A program made the translations under genes and the position numbers. Below, piece after piece: positions 10,899-21,133 of a stretch of DNA of 64,000 nt (the stretch's first letter is position 1; every line of letters starts with the position of its first letter). Source of the stretch: Deltaproteobacteria bacterium (GTDB lineage Bacteria > UBA10199 > JACPAL01 > GCA-016699445). Location: positions 1,618,952 to 1,682,951 of the forward strand of contig CP064976.1 of assembly GCA_016699445.1 (NCBI GenBank), given 5' to 3'. The notes under the pieces are model-generated. The model was not told the DNA's origin, ran no database searches, and saw nothing but the letters and a program-made list of their open reading frames with translations.

Positions 10899-11792
10899 AT
10901 GTTTCAAGGAATGTTTCAAGGGTCAGCCGTAGCACTTGTCACTCCGTTTAAAAATGGAGAAATTGACGAAAAAACTCTTCGAGATTTGGTGGAGTGGCAT
11001 ATTGCTGAAGGAACGGATGTTATTGTTCCGTGTGGAACCACCGGTGAATCGGCGACCATCAATTATGAAGAGCATGATCGCGTGATTAAAATAGTGGTCG
11101 ATCAAGTTAAAAAAAGAATTCCGGTTCTCGCAGGTACAGGCTCGAATGCGACTTCTGAAGCTATTGAAATGACCAAGCATGCCAAGGCTATTGGCGCTGA
11201 TGGTTCGCTACAAGTCACACCTTATTACAATAAACCAACACAAGAAGGCCTCTACCGACATTTTAAAACGATTGCAGAGGCGGTTGATCTGCCGATGATG
11301 TTGTACAATGTGCCGGGTCGCACGAGTGTCAATATGTTGCCCGAAACTTCGGCGCGTTTGGCGTCCATCAAGAACATTATTGGAATCAAAGAAGCCTCCG
11401 GAAATTTGGACCAAGTGAAGAAAGTGATCGAGCTGTGCAAAAACGTCCGGCCTGATTTTCAAATCCTCTCGGGTGAAGACGCTCAGAATTTAGAAATTAT
11501 CGAATTGGGCGGCGTCGGCATGATATCGGTCACAGCCAATGTGGTGCCGGGAAAACTCGCTCAAATGTGGGATCTCTATCGTGCGGGTAAAAAAGTTGAG
11601 GCGCAAAAAATTCACCAAGAACTTCAACCTCTCCATGCCGCGATGTTTTTTGAAACCAATCCCATTCCAGCCAAAACAGCTCTGTCTATGATGGGAAAAA
11701 TTGGCCCCGAGATGCGCTTGCCATTATGTGAGATGGGGAAAGAAAATTCAGAGAGACTTAAAAAAGTATTACAGGAGTTTAAACTCGTATGA
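10899..11792 (+). CDS. dapA: 4-hydroxy-tetrahydrodipicolinate synthase
   Basis: The DapA fold motifs are present (GTTGES, active-site Lys region IIGIKEASGN). The start is taken at the ATG preceded by AGGAG, downstream of the repeat element. Confidence 0.9.
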   Translation: MFQGMFQGSAVALVTPFKNGEIDEKTLRDLVEWHIAEGTDVIVPCGTTGESATINYEEHDRVIKIVVDQVKKRIPVLAGTGSNATSEAIEMTKHAKAIGADGSLQVTPYYNKPTQEGLYRHFKTIAEAVDLPMMLYNVPGRTSVNMLPETSARLASIKNIIGIKEASGNLDQVKKVIELCKNVRPDFQILSGEDAQNLEIIELGGVGMISVTANVVPGKLAQMWDLYRAGKKVEAQKIHQELQPLHAAMFFETNPIPAKTALSMMGKIGPEMRLPLCEMGKENSERLKKVLQEFKLV

Positions 11793-12589
11793 CTAAAATT
11801 ATTGTCACAGGTGCAGCAGGACGGATGGGACAGAGAATCATTGCGAATATCTGTGCCGATAAAAATTTAAAATTAGTGGGTGCTGTGGAGCATGCAGGTC
11901 ATGCGGCTTTAGGCAAAGATGCTGGGAGTCTTGCGGGTTGTGGAGACTGTGGTGTTCTTATCACGTCTGATTTAAGTGCTGCAGTGGCGTTAGGTGATGT
12001 CGTGATTGATTTTACAGCACCTTCAACCACAGTGCCTCATTTGGAGATTGTTGAAAAATTTAAAAAAGCCATTGTGATTGGTTCTACGGGTCATAATGAG
12101 GAACAAAAAAAGACGATTACTGACTATTCAAAAAAAATCCCTATTGTGATGGCCTCTAATATGAGTGTGGGCGTGAATGTGATGTGGAAGATCATCGCCG
12201 ATGCGGCCAAGCTTTTAGGCAATGCTTTTGATATCGAAGTGCTCGAAGCTCATCATAAGCTTAAAAAAGATGCCCCCAGTGGAACCGCGATGACCACCGC
12301 TGAAGTTTTGGCTCAAGCCACAGGTCGTGATTTGGCCAAAGATGCTGTCTATCATCGTGAAGGTTTGATTTGTGAGCGTAAGCCTAACGAAATTGGCATC
12401 CAAACGATTCGCGGTGGAGATGTTGTGGGTGATCATACGGTATTTTTCTTAGGAAATGGAGAACGATTAGAAGTCACTCACCGCGCGACATCACGAGATA
12501 CATTTGCCATGGGCTCCATCCGAGCAGCGAAATGGTTGGTGGGAAAGGCTCCTGAGCTTTATCACATGAAAGATGTATTGGGACTTTAA
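11789..12589 (+). CDS. dapB: 4-hydroxy-tetrahydrodipicolinate reductase
   Basis: The N-terminal Rossmann motif VTGAAGRMG and the C-terminal DapB motif EAHHKLKKDAPSGTA are present. The gene overlaps dapA by 4 bp. Confidence 0.9.
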   Translation: MTKIIVTGAAGRMGQRIIANICADKNLKLVGAVEHAGHAALGKDAGSLAGCGDCGVLITSDLSAAVALGDVVIDFTAPSTTVPHLEIVEKFKKAIVIGSTGHNEEQKKTITDYSKKIPIVMASNMSVGVNVMWKIIADAAKLLGNAFDIEVLEAHHKLKKDAPSGTAMTTAEVLAQATGRDLAKDAVYHREGLICERKPNEIGIQTIRGGDVVGDHTVFFLGNGERLEVTHRATSRDTFAMGSIRAAKWLVGKAPELYHMKDVLGL

Positions 12590-12591
12590 AA

Positions 12592-14340
12592 ATGAAAATC
12601 TCAAAAAGTGTTTTTCTTGTCTTTTTTTGTATCTTTTTTTCAGCTTGCTCTAGTGTTTCGGTATCACCCGGGAGTGGTGGCTCTGGAGGAAGTGCTGGTA
12701 CTGGAGGCACCTCTGGGACAGGTGGTTCTTCGGAAAATGTTGGAACTGTTGATATCAATCAAGACCGTTATGATATAGGTTCTCCTACTCTCTTTAATGT
12801 TTATTTTAGTCCTACTGGTAGTAGTGATAATGATGGGCTGACCCCAAGCACCCCACTTCGCTATTTAAATTCTATCAAAAATTTTATTCGTACACGTGAA
12901 GGTGTCACCGATCGGGATGCAGTGCTGACTCTTTCTCGTACAGGTTATCAGATTAATTTAGCTCCAGGGACTTACTCTGATGAAGATACAGGGCATGTGA
13001 TGGATAATATCCAAGGCACAGCTGAGTTTCCCATTATTATTAAATCCAGTTCAACAGCTCAAGGTGGTGATGCCATTGTTCAAACTGATTTAGAGTTTGA
13101 TCATGTTAAGTATCTTTATCTGATGAATTTCACCATTTCTCGCCATGGTGATGCCCTTCATATCTCTCATTCAGACCATGTACTTGTCAGCAACATGATT
13201 CTCAATGGAGGTACTTATGATGGTCATGGTGCAGATTCTATTTCATCGGTAGCTCATGACATGTTTAAGGTGAACCAGGCTCAATATATTTTCTTTGAAG
13301 ATAGTCTTGCTAGTGGTGCTGATGACAATGTGATGGATTGGGTTGCTGTTCAGGTGGGACATGTCGTGGGGAATACTATTCACAATTCCCATGACTGGTG
13401 TGGTTATGTCAAAGGCGGCTCTTCTTATATCGTCGTTGAAAACAATTTGATCTATGATTGTTATAATGGCGGTTTTACTGCAGGCCAGGGAACTGGATTT
13501 GAATACATGGTAGCTCCGTGGCTCTTTTATGAAACCATGGATGTGAAAATTATTAATAATGTGATTCATGATACTCATGGTGCTGGTTTAGGAGTGGCAG
13601 GTGGCTATAACACTCTATTAGCTTATAACACTCTTTATAAAGTTGGTGATGATCTTCATGAATATGGTCGAGCTCAGGCTTTTGATATTGTTCATGGAGG
13701 TCGAGAATGTGATCACGACGGAGATTTGCTAGGTTATTGCAATACTAATCTCAGTCAAGGGGGCTGGGGCCAGCCTTTCTCAAGTTCAAGTGAAGTTCAT
13801 ATACCGAGTAAAAATATTTTTATTTATAACAATATTGTCTACAACCCTGATACTTATAATACCATCGATGCAGTTTTTAATGTGGATGCTCCTGTAACGA
13901 CCAATGCTGATGATTCTAATATCCCATCACCATCTATTGTTGATTCCAATTTGGTAATTAAAGGTAATTTTATTTATGCCAATCCTTGGCCGGGACATGA
14001 ATCAAGTCTCTTTTCCCATGCTGAAGGGTGTGCTACTTCCAATACGACATGTAATGCCACACTGGTGAATGCTAACAATAGTATCAATGCGGCTGTGCCA
14101 CAATTTCAATCGCTAGATCCCGATAATACACATTTTCTCAAGCCCACAGCTTCTGGAAATATTTTTTCAGTAACAACCTATTCCCCGCCTGATTTTGCTT
14201 GGTTGGATGTCCCCAGTCTTAATGAGACAGCTACAACACGGACGCCTTCTGCTGGAAATCTCTCTAATACTATTTTGGTAGATAAGAGTGGAAATGCTAG
14301 AACAGGTTCAAGTATCCCCGGAGCTTATTCAGAACCTTAA
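12592..14340 (+). CDS. Lipoprotein with a Gly/Ser/Thr linker and right-handed parallel beta-helix (PbH1) repeats; a putative secreted polysaccharide-active enzyme
   Basis: The lipoprotein signal is MKISKSVFLVFFCIFFSAC. A GSGGSGGSAGTGGTSGTGG linker follows, then repeated NN(V/L)I(H/Y)D..(G) beta-helix rungs. Confidence 0.5.
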   Translation: MKISKSVFLVFFCIFFSACSSVSVSPGSGGSGGSAGTGGTSGTGGSSENVGTVDINQDRYDIGSPTLFNVYFSPTGSSDNDGLTPSTPLRYLNSIKNFIRTREGVTDRDAVLTLSRTGYQINLAPGTYSDEDTGHVMDNIQGTAEFPIIIKSSSTAQGGDAIVQTDLEFDHVKYLYLMNFTISRHGDALHISHSDHVLVSNMILNGGTYDGHGADSISSVAHDMFKVNQAQYIFFEDSLASGADDNVMDWVAVQVGHVVGNTIHNSHDWCGYVKGGSSYIVVENNLIYDCYNGGFTAGQGTGFEYMVAPWLFYETMDVKIINNVIHDTHGAGLGVAGGYNTLLAYNTLYKVGDDLHEYGRAQAFDIVHGGRECDHDGDLLGYCNTNLSQGGWGQPFSSSSEVHIPSKNIFIYNNIVYNPDTYNTIDAVFNVDAPVTTNADDSNIPSPSIVDSNLVIKGNFIYANPWPGHESSLFSHAEGCATSNTTCNATLVNANNSINAAVPQFQSLDPDNTHFLKPTASGNIFSVTTYSPPDFAWLDVPSLNETATTRTPSAGNLSNTILVDKSGNARTGSSIPGAYSEP

Positions 14341-14353
14341 AGGGAAAATTTTT

Positions 14354-14929
14354 ATGGCAAAAATACTTCAGGTCGAGCCGACCCCTAATCCCATGTCTTA
14401 CAAAGCCACAGTGGATCAAACCCTCGCTACAGGCAATGGTCGTCATTATGCCAAAAAAGAAGATGCTTGGGATAATCCGGTGGCTACAAAGATATTTGAT
14501 ATTCATGGAGTGCAGTCCGTATTTTTTATGGAAAATTTTGTGACAGTCACCAAGACACCTGCCGGGATTCGGGATTTTATTTTTTTCCGTTTACAAGAAA
14601 TTCTCATGGAAGCTCGTGACATTGTTCCGGTGAAAGGTGATGGGGATGAGTCTAAACCTTTGGCAGAGATCAAACCTTCGGATTACCAACAGATGTCGCA
14701 TGAGGAAAAATTGAAGACGATTAATCAAGTGATCGATGCGACGATTCGTCCAGGTCTTGCGCGCGATGGGGGAGGGTTGGAAATTATTGAGCTGGTCGAA
14801 AATGTTTTGCGCGTGAAATACCAAGGTGCTTGTGGAAGCTGTCCGAGCTCTACTTCTGCGACTCTTCACTACATCTCCAGCATGCTTCAAAACCGTGTAA
14901 GCCCTGATTTGATGGTGCAGATTGGATAA
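14354..14929 (+). CDS. Nfu/NifU-type Fe-S cluster scaffold protein (Nfu N-terminal domain plus NifU-like C-terminal domain)
   Basis: The C-terminal motif GACGSCPSS is present. The start is chosen at MAKILQ; the ORF track starts at 14288 inside the preceding gene. Confidence 0.7.
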   Translation: MAKILQVEPTPNPMSYKATVDQTLATGNGRHYAKKEDAWDNPVATKIFDIHGVQSVFFMENFVTVTKTPAGIRDFIFFRLQEILMEARDIVPVKGDGDESKPLAEIKPSDYQQMSHEEKLKTINQVIDATIRPGLARDGGGLEIIELVENVLRVKYQGACGSCPSSTSATLHYISSMLQNRVSPDLMVQIG

Positions 14930-14932
14930 TCT

Positions 14933-16711
14933 ATGAATGCACTTCCCATTGTCATTGGAAGTCTTTGTTTTTTTATAATCGCCTATCGCTATTATTCGGG
15001 ATTTATCGCCGCCAAAGTTTTGGCTCTCGATGACTCTCGCAAAACTCCTGCTCATACAGAATATGACGGGCAAAATTATTATCCGACTAACAAGTGGGTG
15101 CTCTTTGGTCATCATTTTGCGGCGATCACAGGAGCGGGTCCACTCATTGGGCCTGTGTTGGCCACACAGTTTGGATTTTTGCCGGGGCTTCTGTGGCTTT
15201 TAATAGGTGTTGTTGTGGGTGGAGCGGTTCATGATTTTATTATTTTAACGGCTTCGATTCGTCATCGAGGTCGTTCGCTAGCTCAATTAGCAAAAGAATA
15301 TTTAGGACCTGTGGCGGGCATTGTGTGTTCGATTGCTGTTTTGTTTATTATTGTCATCGCACTTTCAGGTTTAGGCTTGGCGGTTGTGAATGCTCTTCAT
15401 GACAGCCCTTGGGGGACGTTTACGATTGCCGCATCGATTCCTTTGGCTTTTGCCATGGGGATTTACACGTATAAAATCCGTAAAGGAAAAATTACTGAAG
15501 CCACGGTTGTGGGTGTTGCTGGGCTTTTGGCCGCGGTGATTTTTGGAAAATATGTTCCTGAAACCTCGTGGGGTCTTTATTTTAATTTATCCAAAAATGG
15601 CATTACGGCTGCTATTGCCATTTATGGTTTTGTCGCCAGCATTCTTCCCGTGTGGTTGCTCTTGTGTCCGCGGGATTATTTATCGTCTTATATGAAGCTC
15701 GGGACGATCGCGTTTTTGGCGATCGCCGTTGTCGTTGTTCATCCAGATTTAAAAATGGCACCCGTCACTGAGTTTATTCACGGGGGTGGCCCCATTGTGC
15801 CCGGCAAGCTCTATCCGTTTATGTTCATCACCATTGCGTGTGGTGCTATTTCTGGATTTCACTCTCTCGTGGCTTCGGGAACCACTCCCAAGATGTTGGC
15901 TCTTGAGAGCCATGCGAGGCCGATTGGCTATGGGGCGATGTTGATTGAGAGTTTTGTGGGGATCATGGCGTTGATTGCTGCATCGTCACTTTTTCCAGGA
16001 GATTATTTTGCGATCAATGTGAGTATAGAAAAGTTTGCACATTTAGGGATGGAAGCGGTGAATCTGACGGACCTGTCTTTGCAGGTGGGTGAGACGATTG
16101 TGGCACGGCCGGGAGGAGCTGTGTCATTGGCTGTCGGAATGGCTCAGATTTTTTCGTCGATACCAGGCATGAGGCATTTGATGTCGTACTGGTACCATTT
16201 TGCCATTATGTTTGAGGCTCTTTTTATTTTGACGACAATCGATACGGGGACTCGTGTGGGTCGTTTTGTGATGCAGGAATTCTTATCGCATTTCGACAAA
16301 CGTTTTGAAAAAACAGATTGGCTTCCGGGAGCTTTGATTTCGTCGTTTCTGATTGTGGGTGGTTGGAGTTATTTTATTTACACGGGAAGCATTCAAACCA
16401 TCTGGCCCATGTTTGGGATTTCCAATCAACTTTTAGCCGCCATCGCCTTATGTATTGGGACGACGTTCTTGTTAGAAAATGGAAAGAAAAAATATATTTG
16501 GGTGACGATGATCCCTTTGGTTTTTGTGGCTGTGACGACTTTGTTTGCGGGCTTTGAAAGTGTGAGAGATAATTTTTACCCTCTCACAGTATCATCAGAA
16601 CCCGGAAAAGCCATGCAGGGTTGGGTGGATATCGTCCTGACAGTGATGATCATGATCATGGCCTTGATCATGATCGGGGCGTCGTTGAGGAAGTGGAAAA
16701 AGTTGTTATAA
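14933..16711 (+). CDS. cstA: Carbon starvation protein A (peptide/pyruvate transporter family)
   Basis: A 592-aa polytopic membrane protein with the typical CstA N-terminus ([14 protein letters not shown]..) and conserved segments. Confidence 0.85.
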   Translation: MNALPIVIGSLCFFIIAYRYYSGFIAAKVLALDDSRKTPAHTEYDGQNYYPTNKWVLFGHHFAAITGAGPLIGPVLATQFGFLPGLLWLLIGVVVGGAVHDFIILTASIRHRGRSLAQLAKEYLGPVAGIVCSIAVLFIIVIALSGLGLAVVNALHDSPWGTFTIAASIPLAFAMGIYTYKIRKGKITEATVVGVAGLLAAVIFGKYVPETSWGLYFNLSKNGITAAIAIYGFVASILPVWLLLCPRDYLSSYMKLGTIAFLAIAVVVVHPDLKMAPVTEFIHGGGPIVPGKLYPFMFITIACGAISGFHSLVASGTTPKMLALESHARPIGYGAMLIESFVGIMALIAASSLFPGDYFAINVSIEKFAHLGMEAVNLTDLSLQVGETIVARPGGAVSLAVGMAQIFSSIPGMRHLMSYWYHFAIMFEALFILTTIDTGTRVGRFVMQEFLSHFDKRFEKTDWLPGALISSFLIVGGWSYFIYTGSIQTIWPMFGISNQLLAAIALCIGTTFLLENGKKKYIWVTMIPLVFVAVTTLFAGFESVRDNFYPLTVSSEPGKAMQGWVDIVLTVMIMIMALIMIGASLRKWKKLL

Positions 16712-16743
16712 CTTTTTGACTTTGCCGGGTTGGCATTATTGGT

Positions 16744-17841
16744 TTGCTCAGTTATCATAGCTTTATGCCGTACTACCGACTCTCACGTTATTCTTCTCAA
16801 ACCGATGTTTCATCGTCTCGGCCGGTGGAACCTATCGAGAAAGTATCTTCAGCTCTGCCGCATGAAATTCCTCAGATTACTTATGCAAAATCCCCTGTTG
16901 TGAGAATGACAACTCCAGACAGTTTGGTGCAAAAAGATACGTTTACTTTTGAGCCCAGCACCACACCCGCATTTTTGGAGCCTTACGAGCAGTTGCGCAC
17001 TCAGTGGAGTCCTTATGAGAAACAAATGCTCTCTTCTTCACCATTGAAAATTTTGATTGGGTACGAAGGTGTTTTTTCAGAACGCTCTTTGGCTTTAGGT
17101 TTTGCTTGGGCGCGACGTTATCATGCTCAGGTGTTGGTGGTGAATGTTCTCGAAGGAGCGAAGCTTTCCAGTGCCAAAGAAATTGAAATGTTGGAATCCA
17201 TTCAGAGTGTGTTGGAAAAGCAGACGGAAAATTCTTATTTTAAAACGTATCCACCTAAAGTTTTATTAAAGACCTCACCAAAAATTTCTGAAGGTCTTGT
17301 TCAAGTAGCACAAGATCAGCATGCATCGATGATTGTGCTAGCCACTCATGGCAAAACAGAAGAAGAAAAATTGCGCCATGGGAGTGTGGCTGAAGAGGTT
17401 TTGAAAAATGCTCCATGTCCTGTTTTGATTGGTCATGAAGGGATGAATGTCTTTCATCCTCAAGTGATTGTGGCTCCGATTGATTTTTCACCTTTTACGT
17501 ACCGAGCCATTGCTCACAGTATTATTTTATCAAAAGATTTTGGATCGCATTTATATCTCTTCCATACAAGTCAGGATAAGGCTCAACACCAACAAGACAA
17601 GCTAGGTTTGGAAAATTTGATGGTTCAAATGAATTGGCAGCACATTGATCATGAGCTGGTTGTTGAGAGTGGAAATGTGGTGAACGGGATGATTGATTTT
17701 TGTGCCACACACAAAGCCGATCTGATTGTCGTTGGCACTCATCGAGTGGATTACGATAAGCATACGTACGCCAATAGCCTCGTTTCACAATTGATCGAAC
17801 GCGCTCCTTGTCCGGTGCTGGTGGTGCATCCGGAAGTGTGA
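16744..17841 (+). CDS. Tandem universal stress protein (two UspA domains) with an N-terminal extension
   Basis: Two Usp-like halves each end in a G..G..GS/T-type motif (VLATHGKTEEEKLRHGSVAEEVLKNAPCPVL.. and VVGTHRVDYDKHTYANSLVSQLIERAPCPVLVV). Confidence 0.7.
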   Translation: MLSYHSFMPYYRLSRYSSQTDVSSSRPVEPIEKVSSALPHEIPQITYAKSPVVRMTTPDSLVQKDTFTFEPSTTPAFLEPYEQLRTQWSPYEKQMLSSSPLKILIGYEGVFSERSLALGFAWARRYHAQVLVVNVLEGAKLSSAKEIEMLESIQSVLEKQTENSYFKTYPPKVLLKTSPKISEGLVQVAQDQHASMIVLATHGKTEEEKLRHGSVAEEVLKNAPCPVLIGHEGMNVFHPQVIVAPIDFSPFTYRAIAHSIILSKDFGSHLYLFHTSQDKAQHQQDKLGLENLMVQMNWQHIDHELVVESGNVVNGMIDFCATHKADLIVVGTHRVDYDKHTYANSLVSQLIERAPCPVLVVHPEV

Positions 17842-17848
17842 GAGTGAG

Positions 17849-19669
17849 TTAGGCACTTCGACGGCGAAGGACGGCTTTTAATCCCAATCGTACGAGATAT
17901 GAAAATCCTAGTGTAAGCCCATCATACCATCGAAATCGAGTGGGTGTATTGGCCCATGGCAAACGTGTTGTTGAAAGCATGTGCGCTTTTGTCGCTTCGT
18001 CATCTCTTCTCACTGATCCATCAGGATTAATGCGCATTCTCATCGCGTTTTCATGAGGATCAGGTGTTATAAGAGGTGTCGGAACAACAGGTTGTTTCGG
18101 TATGGCAGGGAGAGCCGGCATGGCATTAGTGAGTGGAGCAAGTCCTACTGGTGGCATTGTGGGTTGTCTTGGAGGCATGGGATTAAAATCGGCTGCGCGT
18201 CGTGCTGCCCGGAGGGGTGCTGTGCCTACTTTTGCAGCTCTTGCTGCAGCTAAAGCCTGATCTGCACTTAGAGGTGACACCGTCGGCACGCGTGATGTGT
18301 CTCCTTCATCAATATAAGTATCAGCTCCCCCTCTGGCTAAATCTCCAAATTGAATAGTAGTTTCTCCTTCTCGAGTATTTCTGTATTCTTCAAGCTGATA
18401 GGTACCGGTATGGGGATCAACTTTTAAAATATAACGTCTAGCATTTTTGGGGTCGCCATCAGGGCAGACGATGAGGAGATCCTCATTAAAAATATTATGA
18501 TAGCCACTTGTTAAAGGAGATCCCTCGGGGCTTGTTGTATGGTTTTGAATGGAAATCGTAGCAGGGTCATCGGGAGTAAGCATTACCAAAACTTGGAGTG
18601 TGTTGTGATTTGTTGGTTGTATTTGTAGGTAAGGGACTTGATGGATATCAATGGTGGTGCCATGGCGAGTGATTTCAACATCACGACCATTTGTCTGGTC
18701 CCACTCATGCACGAGACCATTCGTACGGGTTTTTATCAGTGTTCTTCCAGCACGTATTTCACTGGCAACACTTTTTTCACTATTACCCATTTGGACTACT
18801 CTACCATTATTAGCTATTAGAGGTTGAAAGTATCCATTATTGCTCACCCAGCTTTGATTAGGGCCTGCCATATCTCTTACCCAGATATTCTGACCATTCC
18901 TATCAATAACATTTAAGAAAGCGAGGTGAGCTGCTTTAACTCCATGAACATGAGCTCCTACGATGATGTGACTTCCGGAAGTTCCTAAGTAAGTAGGTTT
19001 TGCACGATCTACTGAAACAGATTCTAAAGCGAGGACGGGAGTATTTTTACCCTCCAGTCGTCTAGTATCTGCGGTTTGGATAATATGGTTGAATTCTGCG
19101 TCTCCCAGAAGCTTTAAACCGCGGACTCGATCGCCTGTTTCAGCGTTATGATAAGTGACTGCGTAGCGGAAAAATTCTGTGTCTCTAATTACCAGTAGAA
19201 TAACATCGTGTTGGTGAATGACTTCAGTGTCACCTAAATTGAGGGTCGGCGTGTTTGGGTCATCATGTCTGTATAGCATTTGCTCGTCAGAATCATACAG
19301 GACAGTATGTTTTATTATTAAATCTTTGCCAGCTTGGTTCAATGGATTTGTTTTAACTTGAACTCGGTCATGAGGGGCTGGTGCGATTGTAAATAACGGT
19401 GTGCCTCCAAAAAGAAGTATTGTCTCATCGCTACTAATAGTAAAAAGTCCACCTGACGTTTTTGTTGTTGAGCCCGCTGAGGATGTTACCAAAACGGTTT
19501 CGTCGACTAGTGTTGAAGCTCCTTCATCGGGTTGGCCAACCCGCCCCGCCGCCGCAGGAACTCTCACTGTGCTATCTTCCGGATTTCTACCAAAACCTCC
19601 AGGTCCTTTATCGTAAGGCCCTAAAAAAGCTCCTGGTAAACCACCACTCATCACATTAAATCTCAACAT
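17849..19669 (-). CDS. Hypothetical 606-aa protein with a Gly-rich N-terminus and Pro-rich C-terminal region
   Basis: A long uninterrupted ORF with no recognisable catalytic motif and no N-terminal signal peptide. Confidence 0.4.
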   Translation of the reverse strand: MLRFNVMSGGLPGAFLGPYDKGPGGFGRNPEDSTVRVPAAAGRVGQPDEGASTLVDETVLVTSSAGSTTKTSGGLFTISSDETILLFGGTPLFTIAPAPHDRVQVKTNPLNQAGKDLIIKHTVLYDSDEQMLYRHDDPNTPTLNLGDTEVIHQHDVILLVIRDTEFFRYAVTYHNAETGDRVRGLKLLGDAEFNHIIQTADTRRLEGKNTPVLALESVSVDRAKPTYLGTSGSHIIVGAHVHGVKAAHLAFLNVIDRNGQNIWVRDMAGPNQSWVSNNGYFQPLIANNGRVVQMGNSEKSVASEIRAGRTLIKTRTNGLVHEWDQTNGRDVEITRHGTTIDIHQVPYLQIQPTNHNTLQVLVMLTPDDPATISIQNHTTSPEGSPLTSGYHNIFNEDLLIVCPDGDPKNARRYILKVDPHTGTYQLEEYRNTREGETTIQFGDLARGGADTYIDEGDTSRVPTVSPLSADQALAAARAAKVGTAPLRAARRAADFNPMPPRQPTMPPVGLAPLTNAMPALPAIPKQPVVPTPLITPDPHENAMRMRINPDGSVRRDDEATKAHMLSTTRLPWANTPTRFRWYDGLTLGFSYLVRLGLKAVLRRRSA

Positions 19670-19717
19670 ACGTTCTCCTTACGCTTTTAAAATAAGCGCA
19701 GACTTATTATCGTCATT

Positions 19718-21112
19718 TTGGCAAAAAAGTTGCCCCCTTCTTCAAAAAAAACACATACTCCCTCCATGAAAAATGGATCTGCAGCCTACAAGCCTCAAAC
19801 AATCCAAAGTATCCTGACTCTCTTCCGCCCGCGGGATCATCTCTCCATCCCCCTGGCGACGGGTCAACCCATGGCTCTGATGAACGCTCTCTCCGATCGT
19901 ACTGATTGGGAGCGCTTAGAAATTTTTACTGGTTTGTTGAGTTTTCCGTATCCGATTTTGATGAATCCCAATGTCTATGTGACCAGTGGTTATTATGGGC
20001 CGATTGAGCGGTACTTGAACGCTCAGGGATTCCACATGAATTACTTCCCGTCGGATTTTACTGGGTTTGAGATTTATTCTTTGAAGAAACCTTCACGCGT
20101 TGTGGCCACGACTCTGTCGCCTCCGGATGCTGACGGCTATCTTACGTTTGGGACTCATGCGGCTGCGATTGTGAAACCTTTTTTAGCGGCGTGTCGTAAT
20201 CCCGATCAGATTGCCATTGCTGAAATCAATACACGCATGCCGATTGTGTATGGAGATCAAAATCAAGACGACAACAAAGTGCATATTTCAGAATTGAAAT
20301 ATTATTTTGAAACAGACCAGACACCATCAGAATTGCCAAAATCAGAACCTAGTGAAGCTGAATCCAAAATAGCTGATTTTGTGCAGAGTTTGATTCATTC
20401 TGGAGAGACGTTGCAGTTTGGGATTGGAGCGATTGCCGATCAAGTTGCTTCTCATTTAGCTCAAGGGTCGATGGGAGATTTTGGAATTCATTCTGAATTG
20501 ATTTCCGATGGATTTATAAAAATGCTGGAAGCGGGAAAGATTTCCAATCGTCACAAAAAGAATTTTCAAAACCAGTCTGTCTTCACTTTTGCTTTTGGCA
20601 GTCAGGATCTTTATGATTTTTTAGATGAGCGCAAAGGGAAGAACAAACGCCAAGCCATTGCCCTTCCGGTGAGTATCGTCAACGATCCTCATATCATTTC
20701 TCAAAATCCAAATATGACGAGTGTTAACTCCGGTCTGATGATCGATTTTTCCGGACAGGTCTGCTCGGAAGCCATTGGCTTGCGCCAATATAGCGGCGTC
20801 GGTGGCCAGCTCTCTTTTGTGCAAGGAGCGTATGCGTCTCCGGGAGGTAAAAGCATTATCTGTATTAAATCGACAGCTCTAGTAGACGGACAAAAGATTT
20901 CAAACATCCTTGCCACTCTTCCCATAGGCAGCATGGTGAGTACACCACGTCATTACACGCAATATGTAGTGACTGAATACGGCATTGCTGATCTTTATGG
21001 AGTCAGTGACGAAGAGCGTGCCGAAAAACTCATCGCTGTAGCTCATCCGGATTTTCGCAATGAGTTGGGGATCAAATTTGAAGAAATGAAACGGGATTTT
21101 TTTAAAAAATAA
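19718..21112 (+). CDS. Acetyl-CoA hydrolase/transferase family protein (4-hydroxybutyrate/succinyl-CoA:acetate CoA-transferase-like)
   Basis: The family motifs GIGAIADQVASHL and VNSGLMIDFSGQVCSE..QYSGVGGQLSFVQGA are present. Confidence 0.75.
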   Translation: MAKKLPPSSKKTHTPSMKNGSAAYKPQTIQSILTLFRPRDHLSIPLATGQPMALMNALSDRTDWERLEIFTGLLSFPYPILMNPNVYVTSGYYGPIERYLNAQGFHMNYFPSDFTGFEIYSLKKPSRVVATTLSPPDADGYLTFGTHAAAIVKPFLAACRNPDQIAIAEINTRMPIVYGDQNQDDNKVHISELKYYFETDQTPSELPKSEPSEAESKIADFVQSLIHSGETLQFGIGAIADQVASHLAQGSMGDFGIHSELISDGFIKMLEAGKISNRHKKNFQNQSVFTFAFGSQDLYDFLDERKGKNKRQAIALPVSIVNDPHIISQNPNMTSVNSGLMIDFSGQVCSEAIGLRQYSGVGGQLSFVQGAYASPGGKSIICIKSTALVDGQKISNILATLPIGSMVSTPRHYTQYVVTEYGIADLYGVSDEERAEKLIAVAHPDFRNELGIKFEEMKRDFFKK

Positions 21113-21133
21113 ATCCGTGATTCTTTGTAATCA

